Shown here in pieces: positions 1 through 10,115 of a stretch of DNA of 64,000 nucleotides. The stretch comes from Andalucia godoyi And28 (taxonomy: Eukaryota; Protista; Jakobida). The notes under the pieces are model-generated. The model ran no database searches and had not been told where the DNA came from. It worked only from the letters and a program-made list of their open reading frames with translations. The number at the start of each line of letters is the position of its first letter. Within the stretch, counting starts at the first letter, position 1. The stretch is from NCBI GenBank assembly GCA_009859145.1, contig VRVR01000010.1, forward strand, positions 1 through 64,000, in the 5' to 3' direction. The translations under genes and the position numbers were made by a program.

Positions 1-336
1 TACAAAAGCGTAGAAGTAAACACTCCGTAGTAGCTTGTACGTTTATGTTGATAGCAGACAGCAGAAGCGTGGATGCATACAGCAAGCAGCCCCCAAGTGA
101 CGCTTGAGATCTTCGAATGCATTCAGACAGTGAAGCGAACGCAGGAGTTGTCAGCCGTTTGCGAGGTACCATTTGTGTCTAGCCGCGGTCGTCCGATGAT
201 CCGGAGTTCCTATGCTGGACGAGAGCACACTCACCGCTCACCCATCACCATGAGCACTGCTCCCAAACATGACCCATGGTGCATGTCGCTGCAACAGCGT
301 CTCTGCGATAAGAAAGGCTTCCCGTCAAAATAACCA

Positions 337-454
337 CTGTAGTTGAAGAGGAAAGCATGAATTAGCAGAACGGCGAGCGGCATAACGGCTCTCAGACAAA
401 ACCCCCCGGCGCGTGCGGCACACCGTTGCATTCGCGTGAACGAGCTCTACATAC
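337..454 (-). other. Predicted spliceosomal intron 8 nt after the stop of the 463..696 ORF
   Basis: GTATGT donor at 454, CTAAT branch-like motif, AACTACAG acceptor ending at 337; 118 nt, in the size range of the other introns here. Confidence 0.5.
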
Positions 455-462
455 CCCCGGTC

Positions 463-696
463 TCAGTCTTGGAATTCGTCGGATTGCAAACTCCTTATTT
501 TATGCGAAACGAGTTGGCCGTCCAGCTTCATGAAGCGCTTGCGGAACCAGTAGACCTCCCGGCGCGTGAAGTTGGAGAAGACGGTGATGGCCGTGGGCCG
601 GATGTGCACCAGGCTGCGGAAGAGGATGGCCACGTAGTCGAGATCGCAGCGGAAGTCGATCTCCTCGATGGACACGGTCGATGCGGGGACCTGCAT
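463..696 (-). CDS. Small 77-aa ORF (MQVPAS...DEFQD) with a calcineurin-B-like segment; function unknown
   Basis: Most codons end in G/C, producing an antisense shadow ORF at 436..735. SNFTRREVYWFRKRFMKLD resembles the fungal CNB1 N-terminus (SNFDREEVDRLRKRFMKLD, from memory). A polypyrimidine/CAG acceptor lies upstream near 757. Confidence 0.5.
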   Translation of the reverse strand: MQVPASTVSIEEIDFRCDLDYVAILFRSLVHIRPTAITVFSNFTRREVYWFRKRFMKLDGQLVSHKIRSLQSDEFQD

Positions 697-1200
697 GGTG
701 TGTGGCACTGGGTGGCTGGAATGTATGGGAGTTAATGGTTTCTGGGAATAAAAAAGAGGAAGGGAGAATGAGATGCGAATAAAGTGATTTTATGCTAAGC
801 CAGCAGACGTGGAAGAAGACAAACGCATGACGCGGGTTTTCATGGTCGTTGGGAGAGAGTGAGATGTGAGAGGAGAAGGAGGGCCAGAAAAATGAATGTT
901 CCGACCGGCCCCCTGGACCATGGCAGTCTGCCAAGCAGTCGGTCGATTTCTGCGTGCCGATCGGCACGGAGTCGGTGTGTCTGCGTCGGGTGTCCACTAC
1001 AGTGGTTGGATGGGCTGCAGTACGTGAATGAATCAATTCAGCATGAATGAACGTGTGTGTTTATTGTTTACTTATGCAGTGGGATGGAAAGACGCTGCAC
1101 GCCATGCAACTGCAATGCATCTAGTGTTGACGGAGTGAAAAGAGTGTGGTGGAGTATAATAACTGATTGACAAAATGTTTTATGTCAATCGACCGTAGTC

Positions 1201-1264
1201 TAGCGACCTAGCGACCTAGCGACCTAGCGACCTAGCGACCTAGCGACCTAGCGACCTAGCGACC
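1201..1264. repeat. Perfect tandem 8-mer (TAGCGACC)x8, followed by (GACGATC)x2
   Basis: Read directly from the sequence. Confidence 0.97.
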
Positions 1265-1381
1265 GACGATCGACGATCGACACTGGTGCTATCACTCAAA
1301 TAGAGTGCTGTGGACCATTTTCCGTATTTATGTGTTGAATTCGCAGCCGGAGTATCATCATTCCCTTATGCTCACCAAAAT

Positions 1382-2236
1382 ATGGAAAAGGCTTTCCAAA
1401 AACTCGCTCTTGAATCGTCATCGAAAACGCTGAACGTTGAATCCAACAACAGAAAACCGTATCGCACGTCTCCGTCCTATGGGATTTACCCGTTGCTGAA
1501 AGTCGACAATCAATGGCATGTGATTCTGCAGGTCAGCTTTTCAGCTTCGTTGAAGACATTCAAAGTGGATCCTTTTCGCGGAAAGCAGGAGGCATCCGAA
1601 GCAATGCAGCAAACCGCAAGTCGCGAAACTAAAGAGGAGTCTTGCATGTTGCTCAACATTGCAGCGGAATTGCTCTCTGCAGTCCCACAGTTTCCTGGAA
1701 TGTTTACGCTCGCTGTTTCGTTTGAGGACGGCGCAGAACTGCTTTCGTTTGCAAGGAATTTTGATCATAATCTGCAAGTACTCAGAGAAAAGGAAGATGC
1801 GAACGAGTTTGATCTTAGTGAAGTCGATGGCATCAGCATCGAAACTCTCTTTGATGGTGCACAAGCGATTCCAGAGGTTCTCGCGAGCGGATATCGTGTT
1901 TCTTCGCAGACCAGGGAGTTCTTCGAGCAATGTGGCCGCGGCCGCAGGTTTGATCCAGAGGTTGAAATGCGTCGAATGCCTCCTGAGGAAGCGCTTCCTC
2001 GGGCAGTTTTGCAGCGTCGGACAGAAGGTAATCTGGAAACGTATCATGCTGTTCGCGTGGAGATCCTACCTGAGAATTTTGTCCAGTGGAAGCAAAGTCC
2101 CGCATTCTTCCGTAAGTTCCGTGCGAATCCGGACGATGTTGTGTCGAAACGACGCCGCGAAGATGCTCAGTTGTATCCCTCCGACTATATTGTCGTAAAT
2201 GGTGAACCTGTGCCGAAGAATCGTAGCAGGCGGTGA
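1382..2236 (+). CDS. Nudix-fold hydrolase-like protein
   Basis: GKQEASEAMQQTASRETKEES fits the Nudix box GX5EX7REUXEE (the following G is replaced by C); preceded by a YGIYPLL...VIL beta-strand pattern. First ATG at 1382; intronless. Confidence 0.7.
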   Translation: MEKAFQKLALESSSKTLNVESNNRKPYRTSPSYGIYPLLKVDNQWHVILQVSFSASLKTFKVDPFRGKQEASEAMQQTASRETKEESCMLLNIAAELLSAVPQFPGMFTLAVSFEDGAELLSFARNFDHNLQVLREKEDANEFDLSEVDGISIETLFDGAQAIPEVLASGYRVSSQTREFFEQCGRGRRFDPEVEMRRMPPEEALPRAVLQRRTEGNLETYHAVRVEILPENFVQWKQSPAFFRKFRANPDDVVSKRRREDAQLYPSDYIVVNGEPVPKNRSRR

Positions 2237-2443
2237 TGGAAGAGTTGTACATATATGTTTATTATTTGAGACATGTAGAAAATAATTGTTGTGCTCTGTT
2301 TCCACTTGTTTCCAAGTTCCTTGAAACATCCTCCGTTTGGAAACAGCAGGGACAGTGGAATGAAAAACAGGTTTTATTCTTTGGCATCGTGTTTTTCATT
2401 TGCTGGAGCTCATCATGCACCGAGTTCTGACGCTCTTGGCGCA

Positions 2444-5314
2444 TCAACACTTCCACTTGTCCATTAGTTCCTGGCGATACATCGCAGATCCCTCGATCGC
2501 AGCACTTTCACAAAAAAGCTCAAGATCTACGAGAGCCTCAAATTCGCGATGAAGTAATATATCATTCAGCTTTTTGAGGTTGAAAAACAGCTGGCGAAGA
2601 ACCGACGAGTTGCGCACGGACATCATATCCACAAAGCTCAACGGCACCACAGTCGACGCGTCATCAAATCCGTGCACGACCTGCGTCAGGACGGCTACCA
2701 CGGGATGCGAAGCATATTCCGAAATCGAATCCACAGGACATCCGACGTATCCCGAACAGACAACCAGTCGGTCAGGAATACTCGGCACGTAATAGTCCGT
2801 TTCGAAATGCATCGTTTTGAACAAGGAGCTCAGAAGGAACAACAAACCGGCAGTAAACCGTGATAGAAAATCGTGCATACGGATAACCAGACTGCCATTC
2901 TTCTTCAGAACAAATAGTGACAGCAAAACACGTTCAAGCGCCGACTTATCCCGAGGGAGAAGCTCGCTCGGTGGAAAATACTGCAGATCTCCTGCAACAA
3001 CAAGGGAAAACGACGACGAGCGCAAGTCATGCTCTCGTGCAATGTCGGTGAGATTGAATATTGCAGACCGCGGCAAAATCGCACTTGCAAAAGGAGCCTG
3101 CGACGGTCGAAGTTTCGTTAAGAAATCCAAAAGAACAGATGACATCTTATCAGACATGAACAACACACGACAGTCGCTGTCCGAAAGCAGCCCCATCAGA
3201 TCAATGTGGCTACCAACCGACTGCCATGTCGGTTCCAGAATCTCGATGTTTTCACTGGACGCCGCAAAGTATTCACTGAGTATCGAACCCTTGAAAATCT
3301 CAGCGACAGAGCGCGCTTGCAGCCACGACGTACAGGACTGGAGCAGTCTCAGGGAGGACGACTCCATCCGGGCCTTCAAAACGTTCATCGTATACGAATC
3401 GTCTCCCACAAATGGAGAATTCCGAACTCCGCTGTACTGCAAGCCAGATATTGCGCGAATAGACAGAGCCTCGGGCTGTGCGGATACGGACAACGTGTTC
3501 CATCCTGGTGTCGGATTGGCAAAGGATCTTTGCGCAATAGGCACAGTGAGAACAAACGACTTGATCGTAGCGCCCACGCTGGCTGCATCCAGATCGCTGA
3601 CTCCGAGACCTAGCCTATCGGACTTCAGACTGCTCTCCGTCCTGCTGGATCGGGCGGCCAACTCGGCTTCAAAGGAATCCTCGGTGCTCCGCACGTCTGC
3701 GGTTTCTGCTTTGGGATTTTCAGCGTCTGAGCCCGTTTGTCCTCCGAATCCTGCAGACGAGAACAACTTTTGTAGCCTCAAATTCTTTGAATTTCCAACA
3801 GCCGCCTGGCGATCAGTAAATGCTCGCAGTCTCTTGGCCAACTGAAATGAAAAGCGGCTCAATCGAGCGGAGCGCTCTGCCTGGGTGTTCGTTGCGTCTG
3901 GATCCAAGGATCGTTTCACGCCCTTGCCGTGTCCGGTTGACTTTTCATCATTGTTCTGCGACCCAGAGAACGGGTCTATCTTTTCTCTCTGTCCACCTTC
4001 TTGCATATCTACGAATTTGCAGATTCGTTCAGACCTCGAAATCGGTTTCACATTGGTAAACTTGAAAAACTCGTTTCCAACACGAATTCGAAATCGCCGG
4101 ACAGCATCCTGCTCATCTCTTGGATTGTTCATAAACGTATCCAAGTTGTACTGGATCTGCTTCCGCTGCTGAGTCTCGAAAAATTCAGCGGTATCATACA
4201 CCCATTCGACAAAAACGTCTGGGAGATGTGACCTCCGGAAAAGACTGGACTGTCCGTGTGTTTCCATGCGGAACTCGATTGGGTCTGTCACCAGCTCGCC
4301 ATTCGGCTTCATGTTCGGTACTGGGATCGTGTAGTGTTCATGCAGCACTCGGAGAATGTCAGCATCGCAACCAAGATAGCCGACACAAACAGCATACGTT
4401 TCTGAGTTTCCAGAACGTGACGTAGCAGGCTTGTGAACTGTAATCTTTTCAAACACACATGTTAGCAGGTACAAGAGACACACGGACGGATGTTCGAACA
4501 GAGTGAACATCTTGATAATAGCCGATCCACCAACCTCCAGGATAGTCAATGCAGAAATGGCCTCGCAATAGTGAAGATGTGCAGTGATGAGCTCCTGGTC
4601 CTCGGGCTGGTCCATGCAGTCGATCGAGCCATCTCCAGAAAAGAACATCACCTTTCCACCTTTCGCATGACTGACTGCACGGAGGTTCATCAGGTTTCTG
4701 AGCTCCATAATGTCTCCCGTATCGTCCTCTCCGAAGCACCAATTGTTGAGCGTTGCAAGGATAAACTTGTTGTCGTTAATCATGTATTTCGGATCATGTC
4801 CCTCATAATCCGGATTCAGTGTAAGCCCTGTCCACGTCCAGTTCGCGGCCAGCCGAGGGTACTCCACGTGCAAAAAATGATTGAAGGCGGCAATGAAACC
4901 ACCGGGGGCCTCACACACATGCACGGAATTCATGGACTTCATCATGGAACCGTCTATGAAGTAGCGTCCGAATATGTCCCTGCGATGGTACGCAAGCATT
5001 TCGTACATTTTCGCCCACGCTGTAGTGCACATTTCCGGGCCTATCTGCTTCCTGAGAAACCGGATGACATCGCCTGTCGGATTCGTGTTGCGCGTATGAG
5101 GCTTCCAAACAGAGAGATCGATTTCATCCAATCTGCTCTTCGTCTCATTCAAGCGTTTCTTGAAGGACTCCAAGGTTTGGGAAGTCCACCCCGTGCGACT
5201 GAACAGCTCGGACGCTGGAGGCAGGCGAAAACGACGGTGTCCTTGCTTGTCTGCATAGTTCTCGATGGATAATGCTCGATCGTACAGCTTTTCTACATTC
5301 AAATGAAACGCCAT
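2444..5314 (-). CDS. CMTR2: Cap-specific mRNA (nucleoside-2'-O)-methyltransferase 2 (FtsJ-like)
   Basis: EMCTTAWAKMYEML, SVHVCEAPGGFI, WTGLTLNP, GDGSIDC, GGSAIIKMFT, KPATSRSGNSETY; degenerate second MTase-like domain at the C-terminus. Confidence 0.92.
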   Translation of the reverse strand: MAFHLNVEKLYDRALSIENYADKQGHRRFRLPPASELFSRTGWTSQTLESFKKRLNETKSRLDEIDLSVWKPHTRNTNPTGDVIRFLRKQIGPEMCTTAWAKMYEMLAYHRRDIFGRYFIDGSMMKSMNSVHVCEAPGGFIAAFNHFLHVEYPRLAANWTWTGLTLNPDYEGHDPKYMINDNKFILATLNNWCFGEDDTGDIMELRNLMNLRAVSHAKGGKVMFFSGDGSIDCMDQPEDQELITAHLHYCEAISALTILEVGGSAIIKMFTLFEHPSVCLLYLLTCVFEKITVHKPATSRSGNSETYAVCVGYLGCDADILRVLHEHYTIPVPNMKPNGELVTDPIEFRMETHGQSSLFRRSHLPDVFVEWVYDTAEFFETQQRKQIQYNLDTFMNNPRDEQDAVRRFRIRVGNEFFKFTNVKPISRSERICKFVDMQEGGQREKIDPFSGSQNNDEKSTGHGKGVKRSLDPDATNTQAERSARLSRFSFQLAKRLRAFTDRQAAVGNSKNLRLQKLFSSAGFGGQTGSDAENPKAETADVRSTEDSFEAELAARSSRTESSLKSDRLGLGVSDLDAASVGATIKSFVLTVPIAQRSFANPTPGWNTLSVSAQPEALSIRAISGLQYSGVRNSPFVGDDSYTMNVLKARMESSSLRLLQSCTSWLQARSVAEIFKGSILSEYFAASSENIEILEPTWQSVGSHIDLMGLLSDSDCRVLFMSDKMSSVLLDFLTKLRPSQAPFASAILPRSAIFNLTDIAREHDLRSSSFSLVVAGDLQYFPPSELLPRDKSALERVLLSLFVLKKNGSLVIRMHDFLSRFTAGLLFLLSSLFKTMHFETDYYVPSIPDRLVVCSGYVGCPVDSISEYASHPVVAVLTQVVHGFDDASTVVPLSFVDMMSVRNSSVLRQLFFNLKKLNDILLHREFEALVDLELFCESAAIEGSAMYRQELMDKWKC

Positions 5315-5643
5315 TCTGCTCACTCGTGTGGTAGAAGAAAAATGTCAATTTTCTTTTCGCCCATATGAGAACAAAAGACGTGCAGTCGGTCGGGTCTTGC
5401 CTGGGCCACCAGCACCACCACCACCACACATTTGTCGGAGCTTTTTGCAGAAACACTCGCTCCCCCACTCGGAAGAGTTGGTAGCATCACGCATTGCATC
5501 AATTCCCCACGGCATCTACGAAAAACCTGTGGAAAGCACAAGTCCGCTCCCTCTCTCCTTTTTTGCCGTTTCCGCTTTTCGTTTTCCGTAACCGGAAATT
5601 TCTGCGAATTTTTCTGCGAATTTTTTTTTCGTCACGTCCAAAT

Positions 5644-6741
5644 ATGCGTGCATTTCTGCTGTTCTCCGCGGTGCTTGTTTCTGCGTCAGTTGTCTATGCA
5701 GCTTACAATGTCGAAGTCGTGACCTCAGAATCGTTGCCAGTGCTGTCGTATTTGCAAGGAACGAGCACATTCCAGCAAGTCTTCAACGCTGCATGGGTTC
5801 CGCCTTCTGCGGGAACGGGCGGTAAGCAAGGGCTTCTCGTTCGCAGCCAGAATTGCTCGTCGTCTGTTGGCGGCTCGTGTATTCACTGCTCTGGGTCGGG
5901 TTCGCAGGCCAGTGTGCTCACGTTTGCCGAGATGGTCTCCAAGGATCCCTCCTACTTTTCCACGCCGGTGTTTGCGAAGGTCTCGGGAGACAGCGTCGTG
6001 TTTGGTCCATCCGACCAGTCAGATTTATATGGGACGGAAGATCCCCGACTGACGTATGATCCCTCATCAAAGTTGTACTATCTGTTCTACACCGCCTATG
6101 GTGTGCAGCCCGGAGATCCAGCAACGGCACCCGCAACTTCGTTGGAGAATGTGCAGGCAAGCAATAGCATCCTTTTGAGTCTTGCAACAACCTCGAATCC
6201 AACCGCAAAAGACAGCTGGACTAAGCATGGCGCTGTGTTCCCGGGAGTGCAGGGTTCCAAGAGCGGAGCACTCTTGATCCGCGATTCGCCACCGCATTTC
6301 TTGCTTTGGGGGGATACTGATATTCGCATTGCCAATTCCTCGTCATTAACGAGTTGGTCGGATGTGGGTGAGATTCTCTTGTCACCTCGTCCGTCCTCGT
6401 TTGACAGCATGCTTGTAGAGAGCGGCCCGAATCCGATGAAGCTCTCCACGGGAGACTATCTGTTTTTGTACAACAGCGCGGATTCCGCGGACTTGGCCTA
6501 TCATGTCGGGTGGACAATCTTGGCCAAGGACGATCCTTCCAAAATCCTTGCTCGCTCGGATGCTCCGTTGTTTGTCCCGGATCTCGCCTGGGAGCAGGGA
6601 GTTTCTCCGTGGACATGTAACGTGGCAAATGTCGTGTTCTTGCAAGGAGTCTCGGCAACGGTGAAGCCGGACGTCTTCCGTGTGTATTTTGGAGGAGCAG
6701 ACGCCGTCATTGGTACGGCATTGATCCAGGTCACATATTGA
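5644..6741 (+). CDS. Secreted GH130-like glycosidase (5-bladed beta-propeller; beta-mannoside hydrolase/phosphorylase family)
   Basis: Signal peptide MRAFLLFSAVLVSASVVYA; GTEDPRL, LFYTAY, KSGALL, VESGP, YHVG...DDPSKILARS, NVVF, YFGGAD. Confidence 0.82.
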   Translation: MRAFLLFSAVLVSASVVYAAYNVEVVTSESLPVLSYLQGTSTFQQVFNAAWVPPSAGTGGKQGLLVRSQNCSSSVGGSCIHCSGSGSQASVLTFAEMVSKDPSYFSTPVFAKVSGDSVVFGPSDQSDLYGTEDPRLTYDPSSKLYYLFYTAYGVQPGDPATAPATSLENVQASNSILLSLATTSNPTAKDSWTKHGAVFPGVQGSKSGALLIRDSPPHFLLWGDTDIRIANSSSLTSWSDVGEILLSPRPSSFDSMLVESGPNPMKLSTGDYLFLYNSADSADLAYHVGWTILAKDDPSKILARSDAPLFVPDLAWEQGVSPWTCNVANVVFLQGVSATVKPDVFRVYFGGADAVIGTALIQVTY

Positions 6742-6845
6742 TCCATTGGATAATTCGAAACAACTTTTGAGATAATCTCATATTTATTACTATTAATGCT
6801 GTTATTACTATCATGTTTATTAAATTTGACGGTTTGTTGTTCAAC

Positions 6846-7014
6846 CTGGATCGAGATCGGGAAATCATGCGCGCAACATCTATTTGGAAGAACGCTTCGG
6901 CGCCCTTGGGGCCTGCCCTCCCTGCTGAATTGAATTCGCATTCGGCTTCGGATGCAAGACTGAAATGTGGATGATCAGCAATGATTCGTCTGTAATGTTG
7001 GCGTGTACTACATC
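6846..7014 (+). repeat. Dispersed non-coding element, copy A
   Basis: Shares ordered blocks TGGATCGAGA / TCTAT(T)TGGAAGAACGC / CTGAATTGAATTC / TGCAAGACTG / TCAGCAATGATTCG / AATGTTGGCGT..ACTACATC with copies at 23787, 56682 and 58526. Confidence 0.8.
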
Positions 7015-7250
7015 AGCATCAAAATCGCTCGAACATCATATAACTTGCAGTGTGAATGTGTTTCTTATCGAAGTGCGAGTGAGTACTGTGTGCTATAATT
7101 GCACACAACATCGCCTTTGTCGTGAATTTATATTACTCATATCCCCCCCTCCTCCTCCTCCTCTTCTTCTTTTTCTTCTTGGATATCAACATTCTTTTTT
7201 TTGCTTTCTCTTCACAAGCACCAGAAACGAATACGACCATCTCTAATACC

Positions 7251-7484
7251 ATGTCCCAGAACAAGATGAATCAGAACGATGCGCAGTTCCGTGCTGCACC
7301 GGAAACAGAGGAGCGTCGCGCAGCCAGTTACGAACTCCGGGAACAGGAGGTGCCGAAGTATAACCAGCAGTACAATCCGTATCGTGGGGGAGCAGAGATA
7401 GCACCGGATCACCAGATCTCGGCAATGCCCGCGTCCAAATCTGCCGACTCGGAACGTGAACCCGAAGGCAAGAGTGTGCTGTAA
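7251..7484 (+). CDS. Small hydrophilic hypothetical protein (77 aa)
   Basis: ATG after an A/C-rich leader (ACC ATG), open to TAA, followed by an A-rich 3' region; fills the gap between flanking genes. Confidence 0.55.
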   Translation: MSQNKMNQNDAQFRAAPETEERRAASYELREQEVPKYNQQYNPYRGGAEIAPDHQISAMPASKSADSEREPEGKSVL

Positions 7485-7553
7485 AAAGAAATAAAAACGT
7501 GCACGGTCTTTATTTAATACTGCAGTTTCTGGTCACCCCCCACTGCACAAAAG

Positions 7554-10115
7554 TTAGTGCCTCGTGCGCGACAGGCGTCCATTCGCCTCTGACGAAGAAA
7601 ACGACGATGACGATGTTTGTGGAGGAACAGCAACGACACTGGAACGACGAGCAGCCTGTGCTGCTGACGGTGTCTTGCTTGCTGGCGCAGTGACTGCGCC
7701 AGCAGCATTTGGAATCGTCCGAGCACCTGGAAGCAACGGCTTCCCATGAAACGAGCTGTGTGAAGACATGCTACTAGCAGGAGTGCTGTTGACGGACCGA
7801 CTGGATGACGCACTCGATGAACCCCGTCGAGATGTGGTCAAAGCAGGGTCGCTGGCGCTCCCACTGGATGCTGTCGCAACGGAAGCTGCAGACGCCGTTC
7901 GGCCGGTCAGTCGTTTTCGCTTTCGATCGTACTCCAGTTCTGCTGAATAGATTTCCCGTTCATCGTCCTCCAGCTTTGCATCTTGTTTAGCAAAGGAACT
8001 GTCCGCTGACGACGAGTTTTGCAACGACTTGGCCAACAGTGCGACTTCCGGATCTTTGTCCATTGTCAGGAAAGAGACACGCTCATTGAACTTCGCAACA
8101 AGGTCCACATGCGCAGGAGGGCGAATAATGGTCTTCAGAAAGGGAATCATTTTCACGAAGCGGTAGCGAACGGCGTAAACGGGATCCTTTGCAAGATGGA
8201 GAACAGACTCCACAAATCGCTCACGAACATATTTGGAGGAATAAACTTTTGAGAAAGACTGCAGAACATCGAAAAATACAAGACGCTGGGAGAACGAGCG
8301 GCTTCGCGCAAAATCGGAGCCGCATAATCTTTCAAAGTATTCCCACCGCTTGGAGACATCCCGCAAGGCGTGCTTGAAGATCTGCGCAAACAAATTGCAC
8401 GAAGACTCGCGCAAAGGCCGGACACCCGTCAGCATATTCTTGTACACAATCGGCAACAGCTTCTCAAGCACAATGTCCGAGGGAAGCATCTTCAACAAAA
8501 TGACATCGCTGTCCGCTTCTTGCAGAGGTCCACAGAGCGCATCCGCCAATGCGCAGCGAAAGCGGAAATTGTTCCGGACAGCAGTGTTCCCTTCTGCCTG
8601 CAGCAAAGCCAGCGAGAAATCCCGAAGTATTCGAACACGAACTTCTTCGCTGGACACAAGCGTGGACGAAAAAATGCTCTGCAGCTTCGGAAAGAGGCTC
8701 ATTGTAACGCCTACAGGACAGGAATCGGTAATAAGACTGCACACAATGTCCTTCAAATACTGCGCTGACCGTTCGCAGCCAAGAGTCGCTGCAATGTCTG
8801 CAAGCGAGGAAGCAACGATCGCGCGAATTTCTTCTCTGGGATCTCCACACAATGTCACCAGTACCGAGTGCAAGTGCAGCGCAAATTTACGGGATCCAAC
8901 CACTCGAAGCAGCTTTGAGAACGACACAGCGCATCCCATTCGCACAGGGAGAACGTCCATCGCAGAAGAGCTCTGATAAAACTCCAGCAAAGCACGGATT
9001 TCCGCTTCATCCTGACACTCGGGGCCTACAAATCTGCAAAAATCGTGAAACGAACACTCTGTCAACGTCGAAGAGCACACACACGGACACGTTCGGCTGG
9101 ACATCAGTGGGCAAGAGACAGGCGCACAACAGCCACAGAACAGCGGACCACGACTTGCGTTGTGGGTCATGAATGGCACAACATTTGAAGTCGTTAAACG
9201 AGAAATAATTCTTGCCCGCACGCTCTTCTTCAAGTCGCCAAACAACGGATACAGCATAGAATACGAGGAAAGGGCTGCAGATCGCACGTCCTGCTCTTCG
9301 TCCACCAGCAACTCGTCAAGCTCTCTTGCAATCCGAGACGCAGTGCCATTTTGAACCGGAGACGAAGGCACCCCCGAAGGCTTGCTTGTTGACAACGGAA
9401 CAAAACAAGATCCAAGGTGTCGCATCCCATGAGCCATGCACAGGCGGACATCGGCATCCGTGTCCTGACACAGCGCCAGCGCACGATCCAATATTTGCGA
9501 TCTTGCGATGGCAGTGTCCACGCGCGAGCAAGAAAGGCACAGAACCGAAGCCGCAAGAACACGAGACCATGTAGTCTCAGAAACATTCGATTTGGAGATT
9601 CCAAACGGGATGACGACCTCCGTAATCAGTGTCGCAGTCATAACCCCGCATTCATGTGCCAGACAAGCATGCATGCAGAGGGTCCATTCCTTTGCAACTT
9701 CGTGGGACTTTGAGCTCATCATGGAGAGAAGAAAGGAAACAAACGGCCCAGAGATACACAGGGCAGGGAAGCATTGAATCAGTCCACGATAGCAGCGCGC
9801 CGCTTCTCTTTGAAAATCAGTGTCTCGTCCAGCCAGTGAAGAAACAACAATGTTGTGAATGGCGGCGAACAGATTGGATTGGACGGAAGACGATGACTGG
9901 GTTCTGTACATGCACCGAGTAAAATATTGCAGGGCTGCATTAATTTGAACCGAGTCCTTTTTCGACAGCAGCAATTTGATACGCTCCGTATCGTTCAACA
10001 TCGGATCAATCTCATAACGGGCAATCTCGTCTGCTGACTTGCTGCTTTTCGCAATCTTTTTAAATTCCTCTGCAGAATCCACAGAAAGCGAAAGCCAGTC
10101 CGAGTCGATCTCCAT
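7554..10115 (-). CDS. PPP4R4: HEAT-repeat protein, PP4 regulatory subunit 4-like
   Basis: N-terminal EIDPMLNDTERIKLLLS..VQ pattern; HEAT motifs DTDADVRLCMA, DEEQDVRS, DPREEIRAIVA, AKDPVYAVRYRF, DKDPEV; Ser-rich tail. Possible in-frame intron around 9036-9150. Confidence 0.72.
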   Translation of the reverse strand: MEIDSDWLSLSVDSAEEFKKIAKSSKSADEIARYEIDPMLNDTERIKLLLSKKDSVQINAALQYFTRCMYRTQSSSSVQSNLFAAIHNIVVSSLAGRDTDFQREAARCYRGLIQCFPALCISGPFVSFLLSMMSSKSHEVAKEWTLCMHACLAHECGVMTATLITEVVIPFGISKSNVSETTWSRVLAASVLCLSCSRVDTAIARSQILDRALALCQDTDADVRLCMAHGMRHLGSCFVPLSTSKPSGVPSSPVQNGTASRIARELDELLVDEEQDVRSAALSSYSMLYPLFGDLKKSVRARIISRLTTSNVVPFMTHNASRGPLFCGCCAPVSCPLMSSRTCPCVCSSTLTECSFHDFCRFVGPECQDEAEIRALLEFYQSSSAMDVLPVRMGCAVSFSKLLRVVGSRKFALHLHSVLVTLCGDPREEIRAIVASSLADIAATLGCERSAQYLKDIVCSLITDSCPVGVTMSLFPKLQSIFSSTLVSSEEVRVRILRDFSLALLQAEGNTAVRNNFRFRCALADALCGPLQEADSDVILLKMLPSDIVLEKLLPIVYKNMLTGVRPLRESSCNLFAQIFKHALRDVSKRWEYFERLCGSDFARSRSFSQRLVFFDVLQSFSKVYSSKYVRERFVESVLHLAKDPVYAVRYRFVKMIPFLKTIIRPPAHVDLVAKFNERVSFLTMDKDPEVALLAKSLQNSSSADSSFAKQDAKLEDDEREIYSAELEYDRKRKRLTGRTASAASVATASSGSASDPALTTSRRGSSSASSSRSVNSTPASSMSSHSSFHGKPLLPGARTIPNAAGAVTAPASKTPSAAQAARRSSVVAVPPQTSSSSFSSSEANGRLSRTRH

